Shown one piece after another: positions 54,755 through 64,000 of a stretch of 64,000 bases of DNA (position 1 is the first letter of the stretch; every line of letters starts with the position of its first letter). Source of the DNA: a virus. The notes under the pieces are model-generated. The model made no database searches. It was not told where the DNA came from and saw only the letters and a program-made list of their open reading frames with translations. The position numbers and the translations under genes are program-made. The stretch lies in IMG/VR virus record IMGVR_UViG_3300017917_000601, positions 1 to 64,000 of that record; one strand, given 5' to 3'.

Positions 54755-57700
54755 TTATGGGGTTCTATGAGTACTATTTCTCATGAAAAATTCTAACGCT
54801 TGCATTTCGCCATCTACACCGGCTAATGGACCAGTGAAATTTACTTTATTTTGCATTTTAACACTACCGTTAGGCACAGTTGTTCCAATCTTATTTGGCC
54901 CCCCAACTGTTACTAAACCAGCGGTTAGTTGTCCAGTGAATGTGTTAGATCCACCCTGGCTCAATCTGCTAGTTAGGTAAGTCTTAATTGCTTTTTGTGT
55001 AGGAAGTATTTCATCGCTGTTAGCAGTAAATGTTCCATCTGTACTAAACTGTTTAATTATAACGCTCGAACCGCCTACAGAAATGCCGCCTAACGATAAT
55101 GTCTCTAGTCCAGTTAATCCAAATTGTGAAGCACTTAGAGTAACAATACCAGTTGACTGTTGAACTCCAAACAAACTACCAACTTTAAAGTTACCGTCTT
55201 GGTCAGTACTGGTATAGAATACTCGTCCAAAGTTTGCTTCAACTGTTTGATTTTGACTGCTTGCAACATAACCACTATCGGGTATGCCTGGATAGTTTGA
55301 TGTTTCAAAGCTACCATAACCAATGTTTAAGAAGTCGTGATTTGTTAATCGAGCCTGGCTGTATTTAGATCTAATACTTATTTGTGCATTGTTTTCCGGA
55401 CTTAATGCCACAGTCATATCTGGAGATATAGATATGTTAGCTTCTAAGTTAGGTGCTGTTGTTCCAAATACTGCAAACGCACTAGTTACTTTGTAAATAG
55501 TGTCATTACCTGCGATAGTTAAACTATCGCCGGGGTTAGGTAATCTGTTTAGATTATTAACGACAATAGTTAATCCAGTTTGATACTGATCAGCATATCC
55601 GTTACCTGATACTGTAACATAAGTTGAGTTAGTATTGTAACCAGATCCTTTGTTAACCATCGACGGACTGCTTAACACTCCGTTACCAAGTCTCGGTGTT
55701 ACTACTGCTAAGTTAGTTACGTTAGGGTCAACGAATGTAACAGTAGGAGCTGTACTATAGTTAGAACCAGGCTCCCATTCACTAATACCTGTCATAACCC
55801 CTGATGTAATTAGTGCTCGGCCCTTAGTTTTTGCACCGGCCTGAATTACTACGCCAGATCCTTGGCCTGATAAACTAGCAAAATGTCCATTATATGTTGT
55901 GCTAGTAAATCCAAAAGACATACAACCGTAGTTGTACGGGTTATTTGTAGTCTTTTTCTTCCAGCTTCCGCCACCTTCAGTTACCCATACATCAGTACTT
56001 CCAGATTTAACTGCTGTAAAGACACCTTGACCGTATTCAATAATGTCAGCGGCAATTGATAAGTTTGAAGAATACCAAGTTGATCCATCGAATGTCCAGG
56101 CTGTCCTACTAGATGTACTTGATACTGCATGGAATAAGTTATTGCCAAATGCTATACTAGACCATGTTGTTGAGAACGGCAATGTAGAGCTAGACCAAGA
56201 TGCTCCTCCGTTAGTGCTGTATGCGGCAACAGTTCCGCCTGATGCAATAGCAACAAAAATTCCGTTACCGTAATCAATACTTGACCAGTTTGCACTTGCT
56301 GGCAACGTTGCACTAGTCCATGAGAATCCATAATCTGTAGAATATGCGGCACGATTTGTTCCTGCTGATATTGCTACAAATACACCATTGCCGTATTTGA
56401 TATGAGTCCAAGGACCATTATTAGGTAGGGCTGAACTTCTCCAACCCTGTCCGTTAGAGTTAGATCTCCAGGCTTTACTGTCTGAAGAACTAATTATGAC
56501 CCAGTAGTTATTACCGTAGGCCACACCGCTCCAAGTTTGAGACTCGGGGAGAGCAATTGAAAGCCATACGCTGCCGTCTGTTGAATAAGCACCAGTTGCG
56601 TTGCCATCTGGCACTGCCATCCAATTATTTAAACCGTATTCGATGTCTTTCCATGATGTTCCTGGTGCAAGATTAACAGGCAATGTAGCAGGAGATGCTA
56701 TAAAGTCTGGTTCTGAATAGACTGTCCTAGGTTCTATAAAATAAACTGAAGTAAAGTCTAAGTTAGTCTCAATAGGAGTACCGACGTTAAAATGGTCCCA
56801 ACCTACCTGGGCTAAGTTCATAGATCCAGATTTAGATGTCAATGTTATTGCAGGGCCGCCGAGTGTTTCACTAACTTGAATAGTTGCTGGTGCGCCACCG
56901 CCACCGGCATTAATAGTAGTGATATAATAATCTTGTCCGATATCAACTCCACCAAATAATGCTGTTGAGAATGTTGCACTCATACTACCAATGCCAAAAC
57001 TTAATAATTCTTTCTTAGCTGTACTTGTAGCTAACATTGATCCGCCTGTTCCAGATGTCAATGATACTGGACTGCCGGCAGTTCTAGTAATCATTGATCC
57101 GCTTGCTGTTGTGAGCAACAATGCACCACCGCCCGGTGATTGAGAGATAGTAAAGGTCGTTGCGTTGTTAACAGCAAGAATATAATATGTAGTTTCTGCT
57201 TGTATATTACCAAAAGTTGTTCCAGTAAACACAACTGGTTGATTTGGGATAAAACCTGCGGTAGAGCTTACTGTAATTAGGTTTGATGTTGCTTGAGTAG
57301 CAGTAGCAGTCACAGTAGTCAATGTTGATGAAACTTGGAAAGATGTTGCATCGATAATTCTACTAATATAATATTTTTGCCCTTCAATAATATTTGTGCC
57401 GCCGATAATTGGTTCGCTAAACACTATTGGGTTAAGGACAACTAAAGAATTAGTTGAAACTACTGTAAAAGCATTAGTACTAGAACTTGTTGATGTTACT
57501 GTTACCTCAACAAGTGCATTTGAAATACTAAACACGCCTGTAGGGTTAAAAGGGCCAGTTGCACTAATAATGTCGTTTACATAATAAACTTTTCCTACAG
57601 TAATTCCACCGATAGCATTACCAGTAAACTGAATTGGATAGTTAACTACCATGTTTGTTGTGTTACCAACAACATAACCGGTGTTAGACGTAAAGTTCAT

Positions 57701-60700
57701 GGTCATGTTGCCTGATCCGCTATTTAATAACCAAACGTTACCAAATAACTGTTCTGTAATTTGAATAGTAGTACTATCGATAATACTGTAAATGTAGTAG
57801 ATTGTATTCGGGTTAACTGTTGTAAATACTCCTCCAGTAAATGTTACTGGTTGGTTAACGTATAATCCAACTGTGCTTGAGACGGTTAAGGTGTTAATCT
57901 GTCCCCCAACAGCCGCAGTAACAGTGACCTGAGACAACGATGTTGATGTAACTGTTGTTGTGTAGTATGTTGGTATAAATTGAACCGGCATATCTACATA
58001 AAGTGTTTCAGTAGTAGTACCGTTAGCTAAAGTAATAAGATTGGTTGTAGCGGCAGTTGAAACTACCGGTAATGCATCAAACGATTCTTTAAGAATGTGT
58101 ACGTCTTTAGATCCTTCGTCATAATAAGAAATGTAACCGTATTGGCCAGCACCAGCACCGCTGTTAATGAAGATTCTCATTCCGGTGTAGTTAGCATTTG
58201 TGTTGTTATCTGACTGGGCAATTTTAATAACGTGACCGTCGCCTTCCTGAGCATTATTGCTAGCAGTTAGGTATCCACTTCCTCCTGTAATACCGTTGCT
58301 GTCAGTGCTAATTCTTGTTTGGAATACAGATTTTGAACGAAGTTCGTCACCAACTGTGATAACTCCTGTACCTGCACCAATAATATTATAGTTAGCATAA
58401 GAAGTGTATTTTGTAGTTCCAACAACTTCTAAATAGAAACTTGGTGTAAAGTTACTATCAGATATTTCAACTTGGCTACCGTAGAAGTAATTAAACAATC
58501 CGCTTTCTGCTGAGTTTAGTCCTGTTGGGTAAACTCTAAATTGTAATTGATTGTTTTGGCCAGTAACATCGTATGCGGCTAGCCAAATTCTATACCAACC
58601 TCTAGAGTTTTCATTTCCACTTAATACGTTAATTGCGCCGTATTGCGTTGGTGTTAAACCCCCGCTGGCTGCGGAAGGAGTAAGTGCTCCAGTTTGTAAA
58701 TTATAATTTAATCTACTAATAACTTCGTCAGTGCCAGAGAAAGTTGCTTCTAATGTTACGTTTGTTGCAGTGCCCTTCTTTACATAGATACTACATGTGT
58801 ACGCTTGAGCACTACCTAGTGGTACTGTTCCTGTGACGTTAACTGTTAAAATAGTAGAACCTGCTAGTGATGCTACTTCAATAATACAGTCGTTTACACT
58901 GTTTAAACCGCCAAGTTGCGATCCAGAAATGTACATAGTGTTACCAGTAACGTAACCACTTCCGCCGTTTGTAACTGTTACTACATATGATGTTGCTGTC
59001 ACTCTTACAGTAAAGACTGCGCTAACACCGCTACCAGAAATGTTAACTGCTGACAAGTTAGTATAGGTTGCACCAGTTGGGGTAACTGGAATATTTTCAT
59101 ATAGGTATCCTTGACCGGGTGTATTACTAATGTTTGTAAACGACCAAGCTTCTGATATACCAGTTGGTGCTGTATAGATTTTATTTTCTAATAAATTGCC
59201 GTCAGTAGGCCAGTTATCAAATTCATTGCTATAAGCAAGTAAGTTAGTTGTTGGCTGATTGTAATTAATACCAGCATTACTAAAATTTAATCTTAGGATC
59301 TGTGCAACTGTACCAAACGCACTTTGAACTTGTGCCTGTGTCTGACTTGATTGATTATATACTGTACCAGTCGCCGGAGTCTCTGTTGAATCAAAGCCTA
59401 ACGCAATAACACCGTATGTACCATAAGAACTGTTACCGTTTGCCGCACGGATTCGGCCGCCGTCTTCAGCAAAATAACCAGAGTATCCATAGTAACAGAA
59501 CACCGAAATACATTCTGTAAGTGCGCCAGGGCCTGTACACCAAATACCAATACCGTCGCTGATAATTTGTGTAAAATCGTTTGCTACAATACTCTTGTTC
59601 CCGCCAGCATGTAGAGTTCCGTCAATCTTAGCACCAACTGCTCCCTTACCAAAAGTTGTAACGTTTTGTACGTATGGAGATCGTTTAGTGATCCATACTG
59701 AACTATCTGTAGTGTTAATTCCTGGATCAAGACTTGCGTATGCGCCGCCTGTTGGTCTTCTTAACAGGTACTGATCTTCGGCAGTTAATGTTCCCATTAA
59801 ACCGCTTAGGGTCATATTTCTTAAACCAGTACCGTCACGCATGTAGAACATATCTTTTAAGCAGTCTCCTGCATATACAACCATTCTACCTGTGCCGGTT
59901 GTTAAAGATAATGCTGGACCGCCTAGTGTTGCTGAAATGCTAAAGGTTGTTGGAGTAATACTTCCTGCAACAATGTAATAAGTAACCCCCGATGTAATTC
60001 CGCCAAACGCTGTGTCGACGTTATTAACAAATGGTGCATCAAACTGTAAAGGCATATTAGCAACCATTCCTGCTGTGTCTTGGCAAGTGAATTTATCAGT
60101 AGTTTCGTCTGATGATGTAACAAAAGTTTTAACACTAGTTGCTGGCTCAATTACTGTTCCTCTTAATTCGTCACCTACGATTGCTACGCTTGCAGGTATA
60201 GAAATCGGAAGGCTTTCTTTATATGTTCCTGTTTTTACAAAAATAGTTACATTTTCTGCGGTGTTTACAGGTAAAACATTTCCCCCGCGAATGTTAATAA
60301 TTTGAGAACATGCATAGGCAATAGTCTTCCATGGTTGGTCCCAAGTTCTTCCGTAATCTGGTCGGTCAATGCCGTTTGGTGCAACATATAATACGTTAGG
60401 TACTACGTGCAACTGTGACCAAGTTGGTGTAGACCCAACAACTTTAAGAATATAATTTTCTTGACCAATAGGAACTGCAGAATATTCATTATTAGCATAT
60501 ACTTGTAAATCACCAAAGCTATTTAGAGAATTCTTTCTACTGTGAGGTATGTATAGCGTCCAATATTGATTAGTAACATCAAGATCAGGTCGTGAAACTG
60601 TGGATAATGAACTGTTATTATTTTGAATTGCTAGGTAGGTATTATTTTTCCATACAACAATATCACCAACATTGTATTGGGTAAAAGGTTGCCATTTTGT

Positions 60701-61888
60701 AGCCCATCTAATTCCCGGAACTAGCAACGACCAATAAGTAGAATTAACACCGGTAAATGTAAGTGCTTGACTATTACTTGGCGCTCCGTCTGGTGCTCTG
60801 TCTAGTATAACTGTGTCAGAAGAGTTTGTTGAAACAACTGTTTGTCCTAAAGTAAATCCTTGACCAACAATTACCATTCCTGGCTTAATACCAGTGTTTG
60901 TTAATACTTTTACTGTAGTGCCAGTACTTCCGGCTGCAACATAAGTTGTGCTAACAGAACCTTCAACAGGACTCTGTGCAGTATGATCAAGAACTGCTTC
61001 GTATAGTCGACCATTTAATCTAACAATATCGCCAACTAGATAAGTGCCACCGTTGTATTCTCCTTTAAAAGAATATCCAGTAGTTAAAAGTTCCCAGTCA
61101 GCCGCTTCGATCGATGGAACATTGTTTAGATTATTTTCTGTTAAAGAAACATAATCGTATCCGCCGTATGAAACAACTTCGCCTCGTTGATAGGTGATGT
61201 TTGATGCCCAAGCCCCAGCAAATTCGATACCAGGTAACCATAGTGACCAATTAGCTGTAACAAAAGTTGCATCAGCATTATATGTTACACATTTGTATAG
61301 GTTAGACTCTAATTTAACAACATCGTTTAGTTTATAACGTGTGTTAGCAGACCAAATTCCTTTGTAATCAATACCACTAAAATATAATTCCCAATTTGCT
61401 AAATCAGCTTCAAGACCAAGTGTGTTAGTGGCGGCAGATGTGTGATTTACAATACATTTATAAACGTTACCGCCGTACTTAACTAAATCACCAGCACCGT
61501 AGACTCTACTAGTTTGCCAAGCAAGTGTCCAGTTTAGAGATTCAAAATAATCTCCCCAGTTAGAGGCGTCAGCGGCAAAGTCTGTACTAACGTGAGGAGT
61601 AGTTGCATAATACACTCCACCGGCAAAACTAACAATATCGCCTAGAGCATAGGCTTGTCCAGTTTGCCAGTCTCCGATCCAACGTTTACCATCAATAATT
61701 AATGACCATTTTGGAAATGGTACAGCGTTTAAATCTGTATAAAAGTTAGAACTAGAAGTGTTTGGCTCTAAGCATACATAGGCTTTACCTTGAAAGTTTA
61801 CAACCGCATCTCTGTTATAAAAAGTTGCGGGAGTCCAACTACCTGCCCATGTAAAACGCAATCTACCAATTTTAAATTCTGACGCCAT
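54755..61888 (-). CDS. Giant (2377 aa) paralogous tail/baseplate fibre protein
   Basis: Same N-terminus (EFK.GR..F), repeat types and C-terminal RLT.HDFL...STDQDGNF module as the 3039-aa protein. Confidence 0.8.
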   Translation of the reverse strand: MASEFKIGRLRFTWAGSWTPATFYNRDAVVNFQGKAYVCLEPNTSSSNFYTDLNAVPFPKWSLIIDGKRWIGDWQTGQAYALGDIVSFAGGVYYATTPHVSTDFAADASNWGDYFESLNWTLAWQTSRVYGAGDLVKYGGNVYKCIVNHTSAATNTLGLEADLANWELYFSGIDYKGIWSANTRYKLNDVVKLESNLYKCVTYNADATFVTANWSLWLPGIEFAGAWASNITYQRGEVVSYGGYDYVSLTENNLNNVPSIEAADWELLTTGYSFKGEYNGGTYLVGDIVRLNGRLYEAVLDHTAQSPVEGSVSTTYVAAGSTGTTVKVLTNTGIKPGMVIVGQGFTLGQTVVSTNSSDTVILDRAPDGAPSNSQALTFTGVNSTYWSLLVPGIRWATKWQPFTQYNVGDIVVWKNNTYLAIQNNNSSLSTVSRPDLDVTNQYWTLYIPHSRKNSLNSFGDLQVYANNEYSAVPIGQENYILKVVGSTPTWSQLHVVPNVLYVAPNGIDRPDYGRTWDQPWKTIAYACSQIINIRGGNVLPVNTAENVTIFVKTGTYKESLPISIPASVAIVGDELRGTVIEPATSVKTFVTSSDETTDKFTCQDTAGMVANMPLQFDAPFVNNVDTAFGGITSGVTYYIVAGSITPTTFSISATLGGPALSLTTGTGRMVVYAGDCLKDMFYMRDGTGLRNMTLSGLMGTLTAEDQYLLRRPTGGAYASLDPGINTTDSSVWITKRSPYVQNVTTFGKGAVGAKIDGTLHAGGNKSIVANDFTQIISDGIGIWCTGPGALTECISVFCYYGYSGYFAEDGGRIRAANGNSSYGTYGVIALGFDSTETPATGTVYNQSSQTQAQVQSAFGTVAQILRLNFSNAGINYNQPTTNLLAYSNEFDNWPTDGNLLENKIYTAPTGISEAWSFTNISNTPGQGYLYENIPVTPTGATYTNLSAVNISGSGVSAVFTVRVTATSYVVTVTNGGSGYVTGNTMYISGSQLGGLNSVNDCIIEVASLAGSTILTVNVTGTVPLGSAQAYTCSIYVKKGTATNVTLEATFSGTDEVISRLNYNLQTGALTPSAASGGLTPTQYGAINVLSGNENSRGWYRIWLAAYDVTGQNNQLQFRVYPTGLNSAESGLFNYFYGSQVEISDSNFTPSFYLEVVGTTKYTSYANYNIIGAGTGVITVGDELRSKSVFQTRISTDSNGITGGSGYLTASNNAQEGDGHVIKIAQSDNNTNANYTGMRIFINSGAGAGQYGYISYYDEGSKDVHILKESFDALPVVSTAATTNLITLANGTTTETLYVDMPVQFIPTYYTTTVTSTSLSQVTVTAAVGGQINTLTVSSTVGLYVNQPVTFTGGVFTTVNPNTIYYIYSIIDSTTIQITEQLFGNVWLLNSGSGNMTMNFTSNTGYVVGNTTNMVVNYPIQFTGNAIGGITVGKVYYVNDIISATGPFNPTGVFSISNALVEVTVTSTSSSTNAFTVVSTNSLVVLNPIVFSEPIIGGTNIIEGQKYYISRIIDATSFQVSSTLTTVTATATQATSNLITVSSTAGFIPNQPVVFTGTTFGNIQAETTYYILAVNNATTFTISQSPGGGALLLTTASGSMITRTAGSPVSLTSGTGGSMLATSTAKKELLSFGIGSMSATFSTALFGGVDIGQDYYITTINAGGGGAPATIQVSETLGGPAITLTSKSGSMNLAQVGWDHFNVGTPIETNLDFTSVYFIEPRTVYSEPDFIASPATLPVNLAPGTSWKDIEYGLNNWMAVPDGNATGAYSTDGSVWLSIALPESQTWSGVAYGNNYWVIISSSDSKAWRSNSNGQGWRSSALPNNGPWTHIKYGNGVFVAISAGTNRAAYSTDYGFSWTSATLPASANWSSIDYGNGIFVAIASGGTVAAYSTNGGASWSSSTLPFSTTWSSIAFGNNLFHAVSSTSSRTAWTFDGSTWYSSNLSIAADIIEYGQGVFTAVKSGSTDVWVTEGGGSWKKKTTNNPYNYGCMSFGFTSTTYNGHFASLSGQGSGVVIQAGAKTKGRALITSGVMTGISEWEPGSNYSTAPTVTFVDPNVTNLAVVTPRLGNGVLSSPSMVNKGSGYNTNSTYVTVSGNGYADQYQTGLTIVVNNLNRLPNPGDSLTIAGNDTIYKVTSAFAVFGTTAPNLEANISISPDMTVALSPENNAQISIRSKYSQARLTNHDFLNIGYGSFETSNYPGIPDSGYVASSQNQTVEANFGRVFYTSTDQDGNFKVGSLFGVQQSTGIVTLSASQFGLTGLETLSLGGISVGGSSVIIKQFSTDGTFTANSDEILPTQKAIKTYLTSRLSQGGSNTFTGQLTAGLVTVGGPNKIGTTVPNGSVKMQNKVNFTGPLAGVDGEMQALEFFMRNSTHRTP

Positions 61889-61942
61889 TTTATAAAATCC
61901 TTGTCTTATTTGTTTACTTATCTAAAGTTAACTAAGCTGTTT

Positions 61943-62317
61943 TTAAGTTACAATTTGTTCTGGTGCATAAGTGTATGCGGAGTTAATTCTAACTATTAGT
62001 TCCCCGTTATTATTAATATAGTAATAACAATTTCTGTTGTCCCAACGATATTGATCCCAATATAAGTTAGGATACGGTCTACTGTGATCACTTTCTAAAC
62101 GTCCATCAAAGTAATCTACACCGTACTGGAAATTTTCGTAGTTGTCGTTATTTGATCCAGGAAGATTAACAATAACTGTATCAGTATCTTTTAACTGATC
62201 AATTTTAGCAAAGTACAACAACCCAGCTTCGTCTCTTCTTAGGGCATAAAAAAATCTTGGGTTACCCTCACCTAGTAGAGCTGTTTGGTCTAGCTCGCCG
62301 CCAATATAGTATGTCAT
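61943..62317 (-). CDS. Hypothetical (probably structural) protein
   Basis: AAGGA SD; within the tail operon. Confidence 0.7.
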   Translation of the reverse strand: MTYYIGGELDQTALLGEGNPRFFYALRRDEAGLLYFAKIDQLKDTDTVIVNLPGSNNDNYENFQYGVDYFDGRLESDHSRPYPNLYWDQYRWDNRNCYYYINNNGELIVRINSAYTYAPEQIVT

Positions 62318-62327
62318 ATTTTATTCC

Positions 62328-62666
62328 TTAAATAATTTCCACAAAACTTGCTACCAAGTCTAAACTACTGGCAACGTTAGATTTAATATAAACTTTCATA
62401 TCACCGGCTAGAACTAATTTTTCACCACCGTTAATAACTCGCAAACTTTGATTTGGCGGTACCACTACTTCTTTAATGTAGTAAGCAGACTCGTCTGGGT
62501 TTGTAGCTGTGTTGACTAGTCTTATTGATGCTAGCACAATGCCTTCTGTTAAGTTTGTTAAACTTAGGCCAATAACTGTTACTCGAGAATTAGTATCAAC
62601 ACTGATAACTTCAACTTCAGTAGTTCCGATCTGTGCTTGTAATTTGTTTCTAAAAAAGGTTGCCAT
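62328..62666 (-). CDS. Small beta-rich virion protein
   Basis: TVIGLSLTN...IKEVVVPPNQSL...EKLVLAGD. Confidence 0.7.
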   Translation of the reverse strand: MATFFRNKLQAQIGTTEVEVISVDTNSRVTVIGLSLTNLTEGIVLASIRLVNTATNPDESAYYIKEVVVPPNQSLRVINGGEKLVLAGDMKVYIKSNVASSLDLVASFVEII

Positions 62667-62671
62667 AATTA

Positions 62672-64000
62672 TTATCCAAATAGTAAAGCAGATACAATAC
62701 CAATATCTTGTGCTTGTGTTATGTTAATACCAATACTAGTACCTGCACTGTTAATCCACTGTGTTCCGTTCCATACTTCTACATACTTATAGAATGTATT
62801 AAATCTTACCATTCCAGTTTCTGGAACTGTAGGTAGTTGTGTTAGATCTCCTGAAGGAATTACAACACCATTAGTGCCTTGAATCTTAACATATCCGTCT
62901 CCGGATTGTACAAACTCTGTAATCGCTCCAGATACTACGTTAGTAATTGAGTTAGTTCTAACTCTCAGGTTGTCAATTTTTACACCGCCAGTACCAGTTG
63001 TGCTAATATTAATATCTGCGTTTGTGTTAATAGCTGTGATGCTGTTGTTTTCAATGTTAATACCAGTTGTTTGAAACTTTTGTGTAAACAACTTATCGCT
63101 ATCAATAGTAGCTGTTAGATTTCCGTCAGCATAAAAATATAAAATATTTTCGTTAGCGCCAGGTGCTGATTCAGCAAGTATCTTAGTATTACCATCTAAG
63201 TCAGTAACTCCGCTTAACTGTAACCACTGGTTGTATGTTGCGTTATAACCTTCATATCTACTTAGTGTAGTATTATAACGAATCATTCCGTTAATCGGAG
63301 TTGCTGGCCTTTCTGCTGTAGTACCAACTGGTATAATTAAACTTTGGTCACTGTTAATTACTACACTTCCAGAACCCTGCGGTTGTAGAACAATATCTTG
63401 ATTAGTTTGAGTGGATTTAAAAGTATTATCAGTTACACGAATATTTTCAAATACTACGTCACCAGTACCGTTGCCCTGTAACTGTAAGTCAGTATTGGCA
63501 GTTATAACTTCAACTAGTGTACCAGAAATTTTAATATCTGATAACTCTAAATAACCTGTACCAGTAATATTTCCAGTTACTTGTGCTAGGCCGCTGGTTG
63601 TAAAATTACCAGTTTGATTAATATCACCAGTTTGATCAATGTTTCCTGTGATGTTAGTTGTCTGTAAACTAGTAATACCAGTAGTGACTGTTAGGTCACC
63701 TCCTACTGATAAGTCTTGTGTTATTTCTACATCGTTAGTTGGAACTGAGATGATTCCGGTACCGTTGGCTTTAAGTTCAAGATTGCTATTTGTAAGAGTT
63801 GTAGTGATGTAATTGTCATCAATTAATATATCGCCAGTACTAAATGAGTTTGCAGTTATAGAAGTAGTAACATTTAAGTCACCAATTGTTGCAACACCGT
63901 TAACTGTTAAGTCTTGGTCAAATAATACGTCATTTGTTGGGACATAGATCTTACCATCTAGCGCGGCTTTAAGCTCTAAGTCTGTTAAGGCAATAGTTGT
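62672..64000 (-). CDS. C-terminal part of a large tail-fibre-like protein, truncated by the window edge
   Basis: Spot translation gives the same frame at both ends (TTIALTDLELKAA... at the edge); IPVGTTAERP...GMIRYNT and IPSG...GMVRFNT repeats. Confidence 0.8.
   Translation of the reverse strand, partial: TTIALTDLELKAALDGKIYVPTNDVLFDQDLTVNGVATIGDLNVTTSITANSFSTGDILIDDNYITTTLTNSNLELKANGTGIISVPTNDVEITQDLSVGGDLTVTTGITSLQTTNITGNIDQTGDINQTGNFTTSGLAQVTGNITGTGYLELSDIKISGTLVEVITANTDLQLQGNGTGDVVFENIRVTDNTFKSTQTNQDIVLQPQGSGSVVINSDQSLIIPVGTTAERPATPINGMIRYNTTLSRYEGYNATYNQWLQLSGVTDLDGNTKILAESAPGANENILYFYADGNLTATIDSDKLFTQKFQTTGINIENNSITAINTNADINISTTGTGGVKIDNLRVRTNSITNVVSGAITEFVQSGDGYVKIQGTNGVVIPSGDLTQLPTVPETGMVRFNTFYKYVEVWNGTQWINSAGTSIGINITQAQDIGIVSALLFG

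Noticed and set aside
529-62727. Many short opposite-strand or alternate-frame ORFs in the track (e.g. 15902-16342, 30378-30914, 33356-33835, 41475-41717, 51734-52174)
   Set aside because: They are nested in well-supported genes, lack SDs and motifs, and their Val/Pro/Leu-rich composition is the antisense shadow of Thr/Gly/Asn-rich proteins
1-64000. Stop-codon reassignment as in some jumbo phages
   Set aside because: The standard code gives full-length core genes and near-complete coding density

Overview
This is a 64 kb segment of a large T4-like myovirus (jumbo-phage type) genome. It is densely coded in the standard genetic code, mostly on the minus strand. The left part (to about 15 kb) is a replication/recombination module: gp41-like helicase, primase, gp62-like clamp-loader subunit, UvsW, UvsY, UvsX/RecA and gp32 SSB. 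It also carries a NodU-type carbamoyltransferase, a 193-aa miniature DnaE-like protein and a 2OG-Fe(II) oxygenase. The middle (15-38 kb) holds packaging, head, neck and tail genes (TerL, probable TerS, gp4, tube, giant sheath, gp13/14/15), dNMP kinase, HNH and NUDIX genes. The right part holds an oxygenase cluster and very large repeat-built tail/fibre proteins. The most striking observations are: (i) two separate cassettes, each of three ~175-aa paralogues plus small accessory genes (one C1q-like, one with an unrecognised Cys-Cys-Cys/His domain), each next to a fibre that ends in a Peptidase_S74-type chaperone with no tip domain, suggesting separately encoded, possibly heterotrimeric adhesin tips; (ii) a minimal C-family polymerase retaining all three catalytic aspartates; (iii) a carbamoyltransferase with an unannotated 38-aa partner ORF between primase and helicase; (iv) repeated promoter-to-ATG spacings of 4-7 nt implying leaderless mRNAs, and promoters embedded in hairpins. 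All calls are motif recognition by eye; no database searches were run.
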